Assembly (NCBI GenBank): GCA_964016885.1
Contig: OZ024750.1
Coordinates: 5,580,001-5,644,000 of the forward strand
Reading direction: 5' to 3'
DNA length: 64,000 bases
From: Eledone cirrhosa
Taxonomy: Eukaryota
Shown here in pieces: positions 36,046 through 50,444 of this stretch (position 1 is the first letter of the stretch; every line of letters starts with the position of its first letter). The notes under the pieces were generated by a model. It worked only from the letters and a program-made list of their open reading frames with translations. It ran no database searches and was not told the origin of the DNA. Made by a program: the position numbers and the translations under genes.

Positions 36046-37192
36046 CATCTCTCTAACCCACACCTACACAATGTATGTCTTCTTACACGTTTGGTTACGT
36101 GTGTTCAATCCAGTTTCTTCTTTAAAAATATCCCATATAAATTAGAATTTAGGCCCCTTAAAAATGTAACCCCGACCCCACAAGAAAAGAAAGAAAAAGA
36201 AAAAAGAAAAAGAAGAAAATGAAACTGTTGAATATTTGAATAAAGTAAAGGGGAATAAACTAGTTTTCAGAAACTAGAGAACCCGCCAACATGTCGACAA
36301 GAAGCGATCACCAAGATAGGGCAGTTCACTATTTGATATCTTTTTACTCTAAGAGTCAGATTATTGCTTTCTTAGAAAGAGGTTAGTGACGAAGAGGTCG
36401 TAGTATATTTAGGAGCAAGTAGCAAATAAACTAAACATATAGTTTAGTACAATAATATCATATGACATTTGAACAAATAACAATGAGATTTTAAATAACT
36501 CAGCAGCTCACTGAATAAATAAATATTTTCTTTTAAATTTAACACAGAAATTGAGCCGCTCTTTCTAGATGTCACTGTTTGTATATGGTGATATACTATA
36601 TTGTGTTTTTTAGCCGAATATATATAAACATCTTTTCTATCTCATTTGAATCATTTAGAGAAATAAGTAAATAAATAAGTAAGCATATATACAAATACAT
36701 TTACAAAGAACGTCTACATTTTCTCTGGATCCAGTTTCGAAGTTGGTTTCATAAGTCAACACAGCTAGAAGTGGTGTGGTGGGTATTTGGTGTTAGGGCG
36801 TTTGGTAATTTAGAATTCTCTAGCTTCCTGTGTTGATAGACTGAACCCTGGATATCTGGAAATTCTGAGTTTTAGTTTTTAATTATTATTTTTCTTACTG
36901 TTAGGAGTAGTGTGAGAGTTGGACGTTATGTCAATCAATATAATGACAACGTCTCATTTCTGCTCGTTTAAAACTGACTTTGTTCATACAAATACTTCAT
37001 TAGAACCGAGGTTCTGACTTGGAGAAAATGGTTAGAGAAACCAAGAAAGATATTTTTGAAAAATAAACAAAACAGCAATACGAATATCCTTTAAAATAGG
37101 CTATCAAAATGTCTACTTCCACATTGTACTGGGGTGGGGGGAAGGCTCTACTTCCTAGAGAGGAACAACTGAAGAAGTCTACATTCGTATGT

Positions 37193-37702
37193 AATAATTG
37201 TTTCTATTTTTGGCACAAGGCCAGCAATTATCCAGCATTACTGGTACTTTATTTTATCGACCCCGTAAGGATGAAAGACAAAGTTAATCTCGGCGGGATT
37301 CAAACTCAGTCCGTAAAGGGACATAACTCTATGCTGGAAAGCATGGCGTCCAACTCTCTACCGATACTGCCAATCCACCGCCTGTATTCGTATGTAATAA
37401 TGGTTTCTGATTTAGGCACAAGGCCAGCAATTTGGGGGAGGAGAAAATCGGTTAAATTGACCCCGTAAGGATGAAAGGAGAAGCTAACCTCAGCGGGATT
37501 TGATTTCAGATCATAAAGGGCCGTAACTATATGCCATAAAGCATGGTGTCCAACGCTCCAACAATGCTGCCAATCCACCAACCATGGTTCATTATTGCTG
37601 TCACGTTCAAATCCCGTCGTGGTTAACTTAGGTTAACTAAATAAAGTACCAGTAATGTACTGGGGTAATTGCTGGACTTGTGCCAAAAGTAGAAACAATT
37701 GT
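37193..37702. mobile_element. SINE family A cluster (minus 37193-37382 and 37395-37580; plus 37600-37702)
   Basis: SINE A motifs; the 16-bp duplication ATTCGTATGTAATAAT flanks the first copy. Confidence 0.9.
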
Positions 37703-38151
37703 TGCTGTCTAGTTCCCTGTAAATATAAAAATATTAGCAGTCATCAACAACGAGTATTATAATTCGATATGTTGGTTGTCGTGTGTGTGTGTGTGTGTGT
37801 GTGCGTGTGTATGCGTGTGTGTGTGTGGTGTGTGTGTGTGTGTGTGTTTGTGTGAGTGTAAGACAAGGGAATTATAATCAAATTTAGCCCCAGTGGGATT
37901 TCACTCCAAGACTGTAAGACATCAAACAGAATACTATTAAGAACTTAATCTGACGGATAATAAACAACGGAGGAGACGCTCAGACGTAGGTTTTCATTAA
38001 AATATTTTTTATACTACCTTTACATTATTTACAATAAAAAAAAATAAGATCATTAACTCCAGGTGGAATCTTAGGAGAACCTTATTGTTCTATCTTGGGT
38101 ATTTTGAAACTGGCGGAACTATCTCTTTCTTTCCTGGTCAGAACACAGCAG

Positions 38152-38334
38152 TCTTCTTCTTCTTCTTCTTCTTCTTCTTCTTCTTCTTCTTCTTCTTCTT
38201 CTTCTTCTTCTTCTTCTTCTTCTTCTTCTTCTTCTTCTTCTTCTTCTTCTTCTTCTTCTTCTTCTTCTTCTTCTTCTTCTTCTTCTTCTTCTTCTTCTTC
38301 TTCTTCTTCGAGAGAGAGAGAGAGAGAGAGAGAG
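38152..38334. repeat. Pure (TTC)n tract of about 158 bp followed by (GA)n
   Basis: Directly visible. Confidence 0.95.
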
Positions 38335-39787
38335 TGTACTGGTAATTTTACTTGATTTATCGACCTTGAAATGATGAAAGGTAAAATTTACCGGCGGGAT
38401 TTGAACTGATTCACAACAAAAACCAACGCCATTTTTAATACGATGCAATAACTATCAATTTCCCGCCCTAATGCTTATAATAATGATTTTTATCATTAGT
38501 ACAAGCTAGGTATTTTTTTAGAGGAAGAGAGTTGTTGATTAAACCAGCCCCAGTACATGACTGGTATTTATTTTATCGAATCTTTAAACGACGGGATCTG
38601 AACTCAGATTGTAAAAGCAGTTTTCACATTCTGGCAACTATTTAAAGTTTTATTAAATAACCACAGAAAAGAGCTGGTACAAACAAACAAACAAACAAAG
38701 GCAAAAAGGTCTCGGGAAATGACAAAGTGACAATAATATATGACACATAGCTTTGTAGACAAAAAAGATTGAGCCAAATCAGCAAGAATTATTGTCAAAG
38801 GCCATCTTGAGAATGTCTTCTAACTGACATATTAATTCTCACGGATGACAGTAGATCTGAAAAAACAAAATAGAGATACTACCTGAATTCTGGAAAGAGA
38901 AACATCTGTTTCAAAACAGAATCTATCCCTATAATTGGCAATACGAACAAACAATCATTGTAATTGCGAAAGTTTAAAAGAAACAGCAAGACCTAGACGT
39001 ATTCAGAAAAATAGCTTGACTAAGAACTGCATAAGTATTATCTACAGTACACTCAATCTATATATACATTTGAGCGACTTCTGTCCGTCTAGCAAGGAAA
39101 GAGTTGGTTAAAAAACTATAGCAAAACAGTAACGTGTTTCATTTGTTACGCTGTGTGGGAGTATATGTGTATGTGTCTGTTTGAATAAATGTATGTGTGT
39201 GTGTGTGTGTCTGTGTGTGTGTGTGCATGTGTGTGTGAATGTATGTGAGTGTTTGTGCGAATGTATGTGTATTTGTGTGAATGTATGTGTGTGTGTGCGT
39301 ATGTGTGAATGTATGTGTGTGTGTTTGTGCAAATGTTTGTATATTTGTGTGAATGTATGTGTGTGTTTGTATGTGTGTATGTGTGAATGTATGCGTGAGT
39401 GTTTGTATGAATGTATGTCTGTGAGTGTATTTTTGTAAGTGTGCCTGTGTTTGACCGTTTATATTTATATACTCATACATATAAATGTATGCATATGCAC
39501 ATACACACACATACACACGCACACACACATATATACATACGCGACAGCGTGTTGAAAATATTCTAGTACAATAAAAACACTCATACACACTGACACTGTG
39601 TATATACACACAAACACTGTATATATATACACACTAACACTATATATATATACACACTAACATTGTATATACACGAAGTACAATGACAATAAAAGATAGG
39701 AATACTAGAATATCATAAATAACCAAAATATTTCAAGTATTCATTTAGTTCTTTAAATATTCCATTATTTATTAATTAGTATTTCTC

Positions 39788-40344
39788 GTCGAGGTTAACT
39801 TTGCCTTTCATCCTTACGGGGTCGATAAAATAAAGTACCAGTAATACACTGGGATAATTGCTGTCCTTGTGCCTATTGTAGAAACAATTAATTAGTATTT
39901 CGATAATTAATTAATTTTTATTTCGTTATTACTTTAGTTTTTTATTTTGTTTTCATTTAGTTAGTTAATTTGCTGTTTATTTCGTTATTTATTGATTTTA
40001 AAAATTTATTTCGTTTTCGTAATTTTTTGTTAACTTTGTTTTTCATTCTTACGGAGTCGATAAAATAAAGTACCTGTAATACACTGTGATAATTGGTGGG
40101 ATAATCAAAAGTAGAAACAATTATTTAGGTCGGTGGTTTGGCAGTATCGGTAGAGCGTCAGACACCATGCTTTGCAGCATAGAGTTATGGCCTTTTAGGT
40201 TCTGAATTCAAATCCCGCTGAGGTTAACTTTGCTTTTCATCCTTACGGGGTCAATAAAATAAAGTACCAGTAATGAAATGGGGTCGATTTAATCGACTTT
40301 CCCCTCCCCACCAAATTACTTGCCTTGTGCCTATACTAGAAATC

Positions 40345-40388
<44 letters not shown>

Positions 40389-40870
40389 ACGTTCTGAGTT
40401 CAAATCCCGCCGAGGTTGGCATTGTCTTTCATCCTTACGGGGACGATAAATAAAGTACCAGTAATGAACTGGTGTAATTGTTGGCCTTGTGCCAAAAGTA
40501 GAAACAATTATATATTTAGCTCGTTATTTATCCCGTAATTTAGCCATTTTAAAGTCAGTAATTAATTCGGAATTATTTCTTTATTCATTAATTTTTTAAT
40601 TTCATTAAGTTTTTAATTTATTCCGTTAATGTCTTACTTCGTTATTTATCCTTTTTTTAAAAAATAATATTTTCTTTCCTTATTTAATTCGATATTTATT
40701 TTGTTAGTCATTATGGTTTTACTATTGTTACATAATTCGTTATGGCGGTGAAGTTGCAGAGTGGTTAGAACGTCGGGTAGAATACTTTGTGGTATTCCTT
40801 TCGGGTTTCTGCTCTCTGAGTTCAATTCCCGCCGAGGTCAACTTTGCCTTTTATCCATTCGAGATCGAGA
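39788..40870 (+). mobile_element. Array of five co-oriented SINE family A copies or fragments
   Basis: Copies start at about 39788, 40030, 40128, 40388 and 40743. Confidence 0.85.
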
Positions 40871-41079
40871 ATCTAGGATTGTTTCAGGACCCTGCTCCCA
40901 CAAACTCTCTCAGGAATAAGTGGGCAAAGAAGAAGTGCTTCAATCCACTTTTGTTTCGGTTCAGCATTGCTTATTGTAGTGCTGCATCTCCAGTGTATAA
41001 TTTGCTATCAAGTGAGATACACACACACACACACACGAATACACACACATACAGACACACATACGCACACACAACACAC

Positions 41080-41142
<63 letters not shown>

Positions 41143-42267
41143 GATAGATAGATATGATATATTATAGAAAATATATATGCATTAATACAAACGTAGGATA
41201 TTTTCTCTCAGCCTATAGTCTAGATTCCGATGAATGTACACAACATAATTGGAAATGAATTCAACTAAAGAGAGATTATTTACAACATGGCAAGTACAGC
41301 TTGTAATTTAGGTGGAATAATAGTAAGCTCAGGTTACACGTTAATGTTTCCAGAATTGCCCTGCTGCCATTTTGGTATAACTTCTCTGGTTTAACTAATC
41401 ATTGAAAATTTAGTGTGAAAAACAAAACATGTGCGTGGTACACAATAGATGGGAGATAAGATCAATCTATCAAAAAAATCCTGGAAATGTGATATTTGAA
41501 AATGGACATTAATAATGTATTGACATAAGCAACAGTAACGAGATTCCGTGCAATAATAATAATATTAATAATGATAATAATAACGATAATGATAATAATA
41601 ATAATAATAATATTAGGCAGTGCACATATACTCAGGGAAGTACTGTCAGACTAAGGCCTTTGTTGAGACTGGACAGACGATAGAGAAACCTGTAATCATC
41701 ATATTTATATGTGTGAGCCATCAATAATAATACTAATAACAAGAACAACAACAACAAGAACAAGAACAACAAGAACAAGAACAAGAACAACAATAACAAG
41801 AACAACAACAACAACAACAACAATAACAAGAACATCAAGAACAATAACAACAACAATAACAAGAAGAAGAAGAACAACAATAACAAGAAGAAGAGCAAGA
41901 AAAACAACAACAATGGTAGTTGATGATATTGATGATAATAAAAATTGCTTCTAGCTAGGCAGAAAGCCAATTTGGAGAAGTGAATGTGTTGAGTCGATTG
42001 AACTTAGTGTTGTAAATTACAGATATTAATTGTATTTTATTGGGAAAATCATATCTGGTTTTGTTATAAAATCTTACGCTGACAAGAGTCTTGGAATGGT
42101 GAAGGCATTATAACTAAATAACTTGCGGTATTCGGTTACAGTCTATTAGTTGCATATCTTTAGATTCTTAGTTCAAATCCTGTTGAAGTTGATTTTCATT
42201 TCATTCATCAGGAGTTAATGAAATATGAACCAGTCATTCATAGGAGTGTAATTCAATGTACTATACA

Positions 42268-42645
42268 ATTTCGGTCCTTCTTTTCAGCCACAAGTTGACC
42301 TCTCTGCGCTGTTCCTTGCGGTCAGTCTGATGCCAGGTACCGCAGTCTCCAGCCTGTCGCTCCCAGTTGAAAGAAGGGATGTTGCAGGGTTTCTTGAATC
42401 TTAAATTCATTTGGGCTGCTGAGGTCTTAAATTCACTCTATGATTAGATAAAAAAAGAGGGACCGAAAAAAGTGCACCGCAGACATACAAACAATCCAAG
42501 ATTCCATATGTATCTGTACTAAGTGCAACAAAGACTGTCACGTATCGGTCTGCACAGTCACAACAGACGATACCAGCGACTAAACATAACTCCAGGCGCA
42601 TTAATTATGGTCTTCCGAGACTGAGCTGCCAATGACGACTATAAC
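42268..42645. mobile_element. Two divergently oriented RTE LINE 3' fragments
   Basis: Minus 42268-42400 reads CNIPSFNWERQAGDCGTWHQ. Plus 42445-42645 reads ICTKCNKDC(H)..RIGLHSHNRR (C2H2 finger) followed by a 3' UTR. Confidence 0.65.
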
Positions 42646-42832
42646 ATTTCACTAGAAAATACTCTGTTGTTCTGATTTAAATGTCAATAGATCCTAGAAG
42701 TAAAATAAGTGCTTCAGATTCAGGGAGGAGAAAATGGGACGTTGTGACAGTCATTCATCTCCATATAGGATAAGTAGCGCATGTGAAGACAATAATAATA
42801 ATGGTGTTGATTTTGATATTGATACTCTAACT

Positions 42833-42995
42833 CAGGCATGGGCAACCTTTTTCGAGCAGTGGGCCGCATAGGATGTGGCTTATCATAAGGCGGGCCGCAC
42901 TACTAAAAGTATCAAAGCAATTCTGGAATTAGGCGTGCCATTGAGAAAGCCAAAAGGGCTGTATGCGCCTTGCGAGTCGCAGGTTTCCCATGACT
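42833..42995. mobile_element. hAT (Charlie-like) MITE
   Basis: TIRs CAGGCATGGGCAACCT...AGGTTTCCCATGACT; perfect 8-bp TSD CTCTAACT. Confidence 0.88.
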
Positions 42996-45153
42996 CTCTA
43001 ACTCCTAACCTCTATCAACCCAACAATTCTTTATATCCAGTATTTTAGTTGTGTTCTTTATTCACATATTAATATCTTTAAGACTCTCATATTGACTTTA
43101 CTCCCTTTTTTTTTTACTTACCTTTTATATTATTGTACTTTACACCCCGATATTATTAGACATATCCTGTGTTTATTCTATATTTAATTTAATTATATTT
43201 TTATTTCATAACATTACTTAATTTTACTTATTCTCTTCTACCTACCATTACTTCGCCCTTCTTCTTTCAGTAGAAAATATCTTCTTTCAGTAGCAATATC
43301 TAAAGCTATAATTCATAGTGTTAATATTAATTTATACCTACCACATATTCCAGCAATCTATTCTGCCTAAAAATTCCATCTGCATTACTTTTATTCAAAC
43401 TACTTCCCTTTCCCACCACTCTGCAGATACCTGCCATCGAGATTTAAAAAAATAATTTATCTTTGCTTTCAGTAATTCCAATTTTACAATTATCTATTAA
43501 ACCTACAGCTTGCATTTGCAGAAGTAGCCCTCACAGACATATCTTTCATGGCCTCCCGATTAACTTACTCTCATTACTTCACTCACCTTTTATATATGAG
43601 ATTACATTTCTCTTTCTTAACATTTCTAGAAATGTAGATGTTCCTTCTTCACTTGATTTCATATATCCTTCAAATAATTACTTTCATAAGCTCTTTATTA
43701 TAGCGTTCTCTTATCACAATCAACACGGTTTACCTTATTTAAGTTTACCATTAAATTTATATCCTTCTTTACATTTTCTTACCACACTTTGTTTGTATTC
43801 ATGGACTCGTAATTCTTGATAGAGTCGTATGGAGGCCGTAGAAACAAACAACCTCCATAAGACTCGACCAAGCGGAACGTAGGCCACATTGATCTGAACT
43901 GCCTCAGTGGACCTTCGAAAGCTATGAGCACAACTCCTTCTTCAAGACTAACCAAACTATTACAAAAGAAGAAAAAAAGTTTAAACACTCAATATTTTAC
44001 ATATACCTATTACAGTTTGTGGAACATGACGCTGGTTTTATTTGATAAAACTGTACAATTATTTCCGATACATTCTGAAATAAGTTTTAGTAGATAGTTT
44101 AAATCAATTTCAGTAGTATTTAGTACATTTTGCCTTTAACCGAAACCAAAATAGAGTAAAACATTTTCCTATTTTATGGCTTGTGAATGTTATTAAGATG
44201 TTTCTAAGTTGCACTAAAACTTTAGTTCGTTCCATTACAGTTTTTTTACTCTAGACATCAAAAAACAAACGACGAGATGAAACATCTTCATGTTTTATAG
44301 GGACCCCTACATAGAAACATTGTAAACCACAGAGTTACAGCTTTCTCTACAAAAAAGCTGAAGAAGACACAAAACTAAAACTATTTTTGCAAACTAAATA
44401 TAATTACTAAATATATATTTGAATGGAACAATTCGATCAAAGGGTGGCGTATTGATTTCCCTTCTTTCCTTTTCTGACATCAATAATTGAATAAACAGTC
44501 TAAATAATTAGGAACATTGGTGTATAAATAAAAATGGGTGTGACCTTGGAAGGGTGCTGATAGTTACGGAAAGCTAAACACTGTAAAGATAATCATAGTT
44601 TACTAACTGACATTGGATATGTGATGTAGTGCCTGGATACGTAAAAGCTTACAAGAAACCTAAAACTCGAGCAATTAAGAAACTATTTTCCTTCAGACAC
44701 TTGAGAGTGTATAATCTTGACTATTCAGACAGGCGTGCCAGAGTTGGTTCTTTTTTAACAACAACAACAACAACAGCAGCAACAATAACAACAACAGCAA
44801 CAACAAAACACAAACACACACACACACACAAACAAAACGAAACAATAAACACAAATACACAAACTATTTCTGTAATTTTTGTAACGGATTTTGAAGCATA
44901 AGGAAAGGAATTTTACTGAGAATTTGATACAGTTTCAGTATATGACTAACAACTTGTTTGATCTATCTAGTGTACATGGTTAAGATAAAATGAAAGCTGG
45001 CCTAACTGTTGAGCAGCGAAATATCCACAAATTGATTCAGGTTTGTATCGTTAAAGATTGGCGGTTTTGTCATTTGAAGATGTGGCAGCTTTTCTAGATT
45101 AATCTTGTTTGGAGGTACCAACTGTAGTTATTGTTGTTGTCTCACCCTGAAAG

Positions 45154-45480
45154 AGCGTGGCTTAGTGGTTAGAGCGCTGTGCTCACAATCGCGAGATTGT
45201 GAGTTCAATTCCAGAACCAGAACGAGGCAGTAAGTCGTGTCCTTTATTTCACGTTGCTCCTGTTCACTCAGCTGGAAAATATGAGCTGCGATGTCACAGA
45301 TGCCAACAAGCCTGTATCGATTTTTGCCTTTCCCTTGGACAACATTGTTGGCGTGGAGAGGGGAGACTAGTATCCATAGGTAACTATTAGCCTTTTACAA
45401 ATGCACCATGTCCGGGATTGTGCCTCGAAAGGGCACTTTCTAGGTCTCAAGCCATGGTTATTTGTGACCTAAGGGGGTTT
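45154..45480 (+). mobile_element. SINE family D-related copy
   Basis: GCGTGGCTTAGTGGTTAGAGCG head, GAGTTCAATTCC, TTTATTTCACGTTGCTCC. Confidence 0.75.
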
Positions 45481-45484
45481 ACTA

Positions 45485-45730
45485 GCAAAGCATAGTGTCC
45501 GACGCTCTACCGATACTGCCAATCCACCATCCTTTAATAATTGTTTCTACATTTGGCACAAGGCCAGCAATTACCCAGTACATTACTGGTACTTTATTTT
45601 ATCGACCCCGTAAGGATGAAAGGCAAAGTTAACCTCGACAGGATTTGAACTCAAACCGTAAAGGGCGTAACTATGCTGGAAAGCAGCATGGAGTCCGATC
45701 CTCTACCGATACTGCCAAATCCCCACCCTT
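45485..45730 (-). mobile_element. SINE family A copies
   Basis: SINE A motifs. Confidence 0.88.
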
Positions 45731-47107
45731 TAATAATAATAATAATAATAATAATAGTAATAGTAATAATGTTTACAGTTATAAAAAGATTTCGATTTTG
45801 GCTAAAGTTGTGACAGCAAAGAAAGTTGTTTCAAGTTAATAGTCATGATTCCCACTTTGTAAATTTAAACATCCCTAAACATATCCTTAATTTTAATAAA
45901 CAACATGTCATGAAATTCTTGTGGGAGTGGACTTTTGGCATGACTTGAACGCTTATGATCAGATCCCGGAAAAAAAACTAAAAGAAAGAAGGCCGCCTAA
46001 AACTGTTTGAGTAAAGTAAGTGATACCTAGGTCGCAGAGATACCTTCTCAGGGGAATAGGCAACCCCAAGTTGATAACTCTAATATCAGTTTACCCATCT
46101 TATCATTAACAGCATTTGTATTGACATTCTATGTGGTGAAACAGTTTAGAGAAGCTGGAAATATATGGGTGGAAGATATTGGAATCTATTGAAGGGAAAA
46201 ATGGCGTCATTAGAAGACTTCGCTTCGCTTCCTCTCTGCCACATCACTTTATGTAAACAAAGACGTCTTGGGAGTTTAATGGTCTGACTGTGGCTAGAAA
46301 CATTTTCAACGATAGAATAAAATGTTTTCGTTGTTTACTTGAGCAAACGTTCTTTCAAAAATATCTAATTCATGTCTTTCAATGGAATGTTGTGTCATCC
46401 GTCAACAAAATGTCAGTTTCCTTTGCCTTCTCAAATTTCGCAAGATGTTCTTTTCTTCCCCTTATTTCTTTTCTTTTCTCTCTCACTTTCATTTTTATTT
46501 TTTATTTTTTTATTACTTTATCGTTCTCTATATTTCCCCCTCTACTTCCTTACTTTCACTTTGGTTTCCTCCATTTTTCTTTTTATATTTCACGATTTCA
46601 TCTGTCATCTTTTGTGTTTTAACTATACGCCTTGAAATTTTCTTTGTGGTTTGTACGAGATATTCATAGAGTCAAAGATAATAAGTATTTGACATTTCTA
46701 CAGAGAGTTGCGAGCGCCATGTTATAGAAGTAGGCTAGAGAGTTCAATAACATGATTTCGATTAAGTTGGCAATGTCATTATTTCAGATATTGATTTCTA
46801 AAACTGACACCAGACCACAAATAGTAGGTGATAGATGAAGTCGATTTAACCATCTCCAGTTCATCACTTTTACTTAACTTATCGTTTCAGGTAGGATTCG
46901 AACACAAAACGTTTAACTTATCCCCACTCTACCGTTTATACCTTGGCATTATTCTTTATATCAGTATCATTATAGGTAGTGGATTGGCAGTATTGATAGA
47001 GCATCGGACAACATGTTTCGCAGAATAGAGTTACGGCCCTTTACGGTCTGAGTTCAAATCCCGCCGAAGTTAGCTTTGCTTTCAATCTTTACGAGGTCGA
47101 TAATATG

Positions 47108-47139
<32 letters not shown>

Positions 47140-47140
<1 letters not shown>

Positions 47141-47320
47141 CCCGGGTTCAATCGGGGGTAACCACAGTAAGTAAGGTACTCAATAAGGTACGCAAAGTAT
47201 AAATATCTAATATAGAAATGGCTTCTATAGGCTTCTACAGGACTAGAACTGTTTCATTTGAAGGAAATCAGCAGCTTTTCTGATGATTTCCTTTGAATGT
47301 AGAAGCCATTTCTATGTTCA
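47140..47320. mobile_element. Penelope-like fragment (family P2) with inverted duplication of the hammerhead region
   Basis: ATAGAAATGGCTTCTA...TAGAAGCCATTTCTAT inverted; related to 56545-56595 and 59040-59160. Confidence 0.6.
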
Positions 47321-48227
47321 ATATATATTCAGTTTCTTAGCGAATCTTATTTTGTTAATATTTGTATGTATAAAGAGCCAAGTCGGATCCCTCAGGATTC
47401 GAACACAGAACAATGAAGCTCAGTCTTATCTATAACCAATCATTTTTCTCTCACTCTTTCTATAAAGTCTCTTGTCTGGAACATTCTTAAGACGCCCTCT
47501 TTGGCTTCATAATAATATATACTGACATTGGAAAACGCTATTGACCCGAGTATTTAGAGATAAACAACTTATTTTTATAAATCTATTGCCACTAACAAAA
47601 AAGATATGCTTCTGAACAACTTCATCAATAAAAGAATAACGAGTCCATTAAATGAAGTTGTTGATCAACTTCTAATACATTTACGGGAGAAAACATTTTT
47701 AAAAAACTGTTTTGAAGTGAGCTATTTTTAAATGTTTATGCCTAAAATATATATTTTTTCTCCCTCTGTATTATCTCATGTGTATAGAGTTTTCTTAGCG
47801 TTTTCAGTTCACGTCTTTTTGCTATATAAAATATTTTTTTTTAATTCAATGACTTCTTCCAATGCAGACCATGAAAACACGACTTATTGATCGAAATTTA
47901 CACAGTCCGTAGAGTTAATGTATCTATTTTAGATTCTGGAAAGCATCTTATAACATTCTAACAAATAATTACTAATACAAGAGTGTTATTTACTGTAATT
48001 GTTTGAAGAAGAGGAAAAAGAAAAGGAATAAAAATGAAGAAATAAACTCCCGATATCATTGGAAAAGATGTTTTGTTATGTTGAAATGTTCATTGTAATA
48101 AAAACTGTTTATTTCAACCATCTTTTGGCCAAATCTCTGAAATCGATAGTGGCATCTGCTAATGGCAGATTTTCACAAACACATATGTATAAAAGGCACG
48201 CACACACACATATTAATAAATATTTTA

Positions 48228-48388
48228 CATGTATGTATGTATGTATGTATGTATGTATGTATGTATGTATGTATGTATGTATGTATGTATGTATGTATGT
48301 ATGTATGTATGTATGTATGTATGTATGTATGTATGTATGTATGTATGTATGTATGTATGTATGTATGTATGTATGTATGTATGTATGT
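48228..48388. repeat. Pure (TATG)n microsatellite
   Basis: Directly visible. Confidence 0.95.
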
Positions 48389-48579
48389 GTGTGTGAGTGT
48401 GTGTCTGTATATATTTATGTATATAATATATATGTATGCAATATATATAAATAAATATACGTTTACACAATATATATATATATATATACAATATATCTCT
48501 CTCCCTCTATATATATATATAATTGTATATATATATGTGTATATTTCAATATCAATATATATGTATAAATGTATACATG

Positions 48580-48617
<38 letters not shown>

Positions 48618-48707
48618 ATAATATATATGTATATATATATATAATAATATATATGTATATATATATATAATAATATATAAATATATATATATATAATAAT
48701 ATATATG

Positions 48708-48739
<32 letters not shown>

Positions 48740-49243
48740 CTGTGTGTGTGTATATATGTGCGTGTGTCTGTGTATAACTTGAAAATACACATACACACAT
48801 ACACACATACACGCTTACAACCATTCATACATTCATTCATACATATATAGACACAACAGAAACACCCACAAACACAACAGAGATATGTTTTTATATTCAC
48901 ATAGGGGAAGCAATAGAATTGTAGATAAGAGCGGTATATAAGACCACGAGTTCATATCTCATTGACTCACTTTGTTTATCTATTTTGTCTCCACCGCCAT
49001 TTTTTTTTCTGTTGTTATATGCAGATATCAGGCTTAGATTGACATATATAACGAAAACATATATTAGAAAATATCTATATTCTTCATATATATATGAACA
49101 TTATCACACTTATCATGTCTGATGGCAGGTTCGCTTATAAATAAGTTTTCTATCCTGTATCATTATTTACAACAGAACTTTATAATGAAATAACCAGAAG
49201 GTTATAAACACACGCACACACACTCACCCAGACACGCACGCAA

Positions 49244-49279
<36 letters not shown>

Positions 49280-49542
49280 TCGTAAGCACAATATAGATAT
49301 GATCATAATTACATATCGTATTACACAAACACACATACAAGCACGTTCGCACACACTCACATATCAATATTTCTCTTTCACTCACTATATAAAATATAAT
49401 GTATATATGTATATATATAATGTATACTTATGTATGTTATATATATAATCCTTCTTTCTTTTCTTCTCTCTCTCTCTCTCCCTCTCCCTCTCCCTCTCTC
49501 TCTCTATCTCTCTCTCTATGTATATATATATGTATATATATA

Positions 49543-49710
49543 TGACGGCGATGAATTAGTTTTGCGAGGTTTCTGATATGAAATCGTGTGTCGAAACAAA
49601 TATTGTTATACTTGGGGAGGGGGGGGGGGGGAGGGTCATATTTGTGTAATATTGCCAGAATTATTAATTCTGGCAATATTACACAAATATGACCCTCCCC
49701 AAGTATAACA
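49543..49710 (-). mobile_element. Second copy of the (TA)n-embedded element, centre replaced by a palindrome
   Basis: Ends match 13681-13825 (TGTTATAC...GCCGTCA). Confidence 0.75.
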
Positions 49711-49995
49711 ATATATATATATATGTATATATATATGTATGTATATGTATAGATATATATGTATGTATAGATATATATGTATGTATAGATAGATATATAT
49801 GTATGTATAGATATATATGTATGTATAGATATATATGTATGTATAGATATATATGTATGTATAGATATGTATGTATATATATATATATAGATATGTATGT
49901 ATATATATATATATATAGATATGTATGTATATATATATATAGATATGTATGTATATATATATATAGATATGTATGTATATATATATATAGATATG

Positions 49996-50077
<82 letters not shown>

Positions 50078-50085
50078 TATATGTA

Positions 50086-50262
50086 TGAATAACTTTGAAT
50101 AACTTTGAAATGTTTTGGCCAGTATTGGCCCAGGCCATGTCTAACTTAATAGCACCACCTGGCGAAGTCTTTCAATTCAGGATTTGGGCACCATGGCCCA
50201 TTCGAGAAGAGAATTACTGTTTGCGGAGACATATCCGGGTGTGGGTGGTTTGTCCGGGATTA
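50086..50262 (-). mobile_element. CR1/L2-group LINE 3' end with tandem (TTCAAAGTTA)n tail
   Basis: Minus strand translates [27 protein letters not shown], then UTR and a repeated tail. Confidence 0.65.
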
Positions 50263-50270
50263 CTTGTATG

Positions 50271-50301
<31 letters not shown>

Positions 50302-50390
50302 ATGTATAGATATATATGTATATATATATATATGTATGTATAGATATATATGTATATATATATATATATATGTATGTATAGATATATATG

Positions 50391-50444
<54 letters not shown>

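Noticed and set aside
38785-41690. Minus-strand acceptor-like sites at about 38846 and 41689 as terminal exons of another gene
   Set aside because: Only short frames follow and no supporting upstream exons were found.
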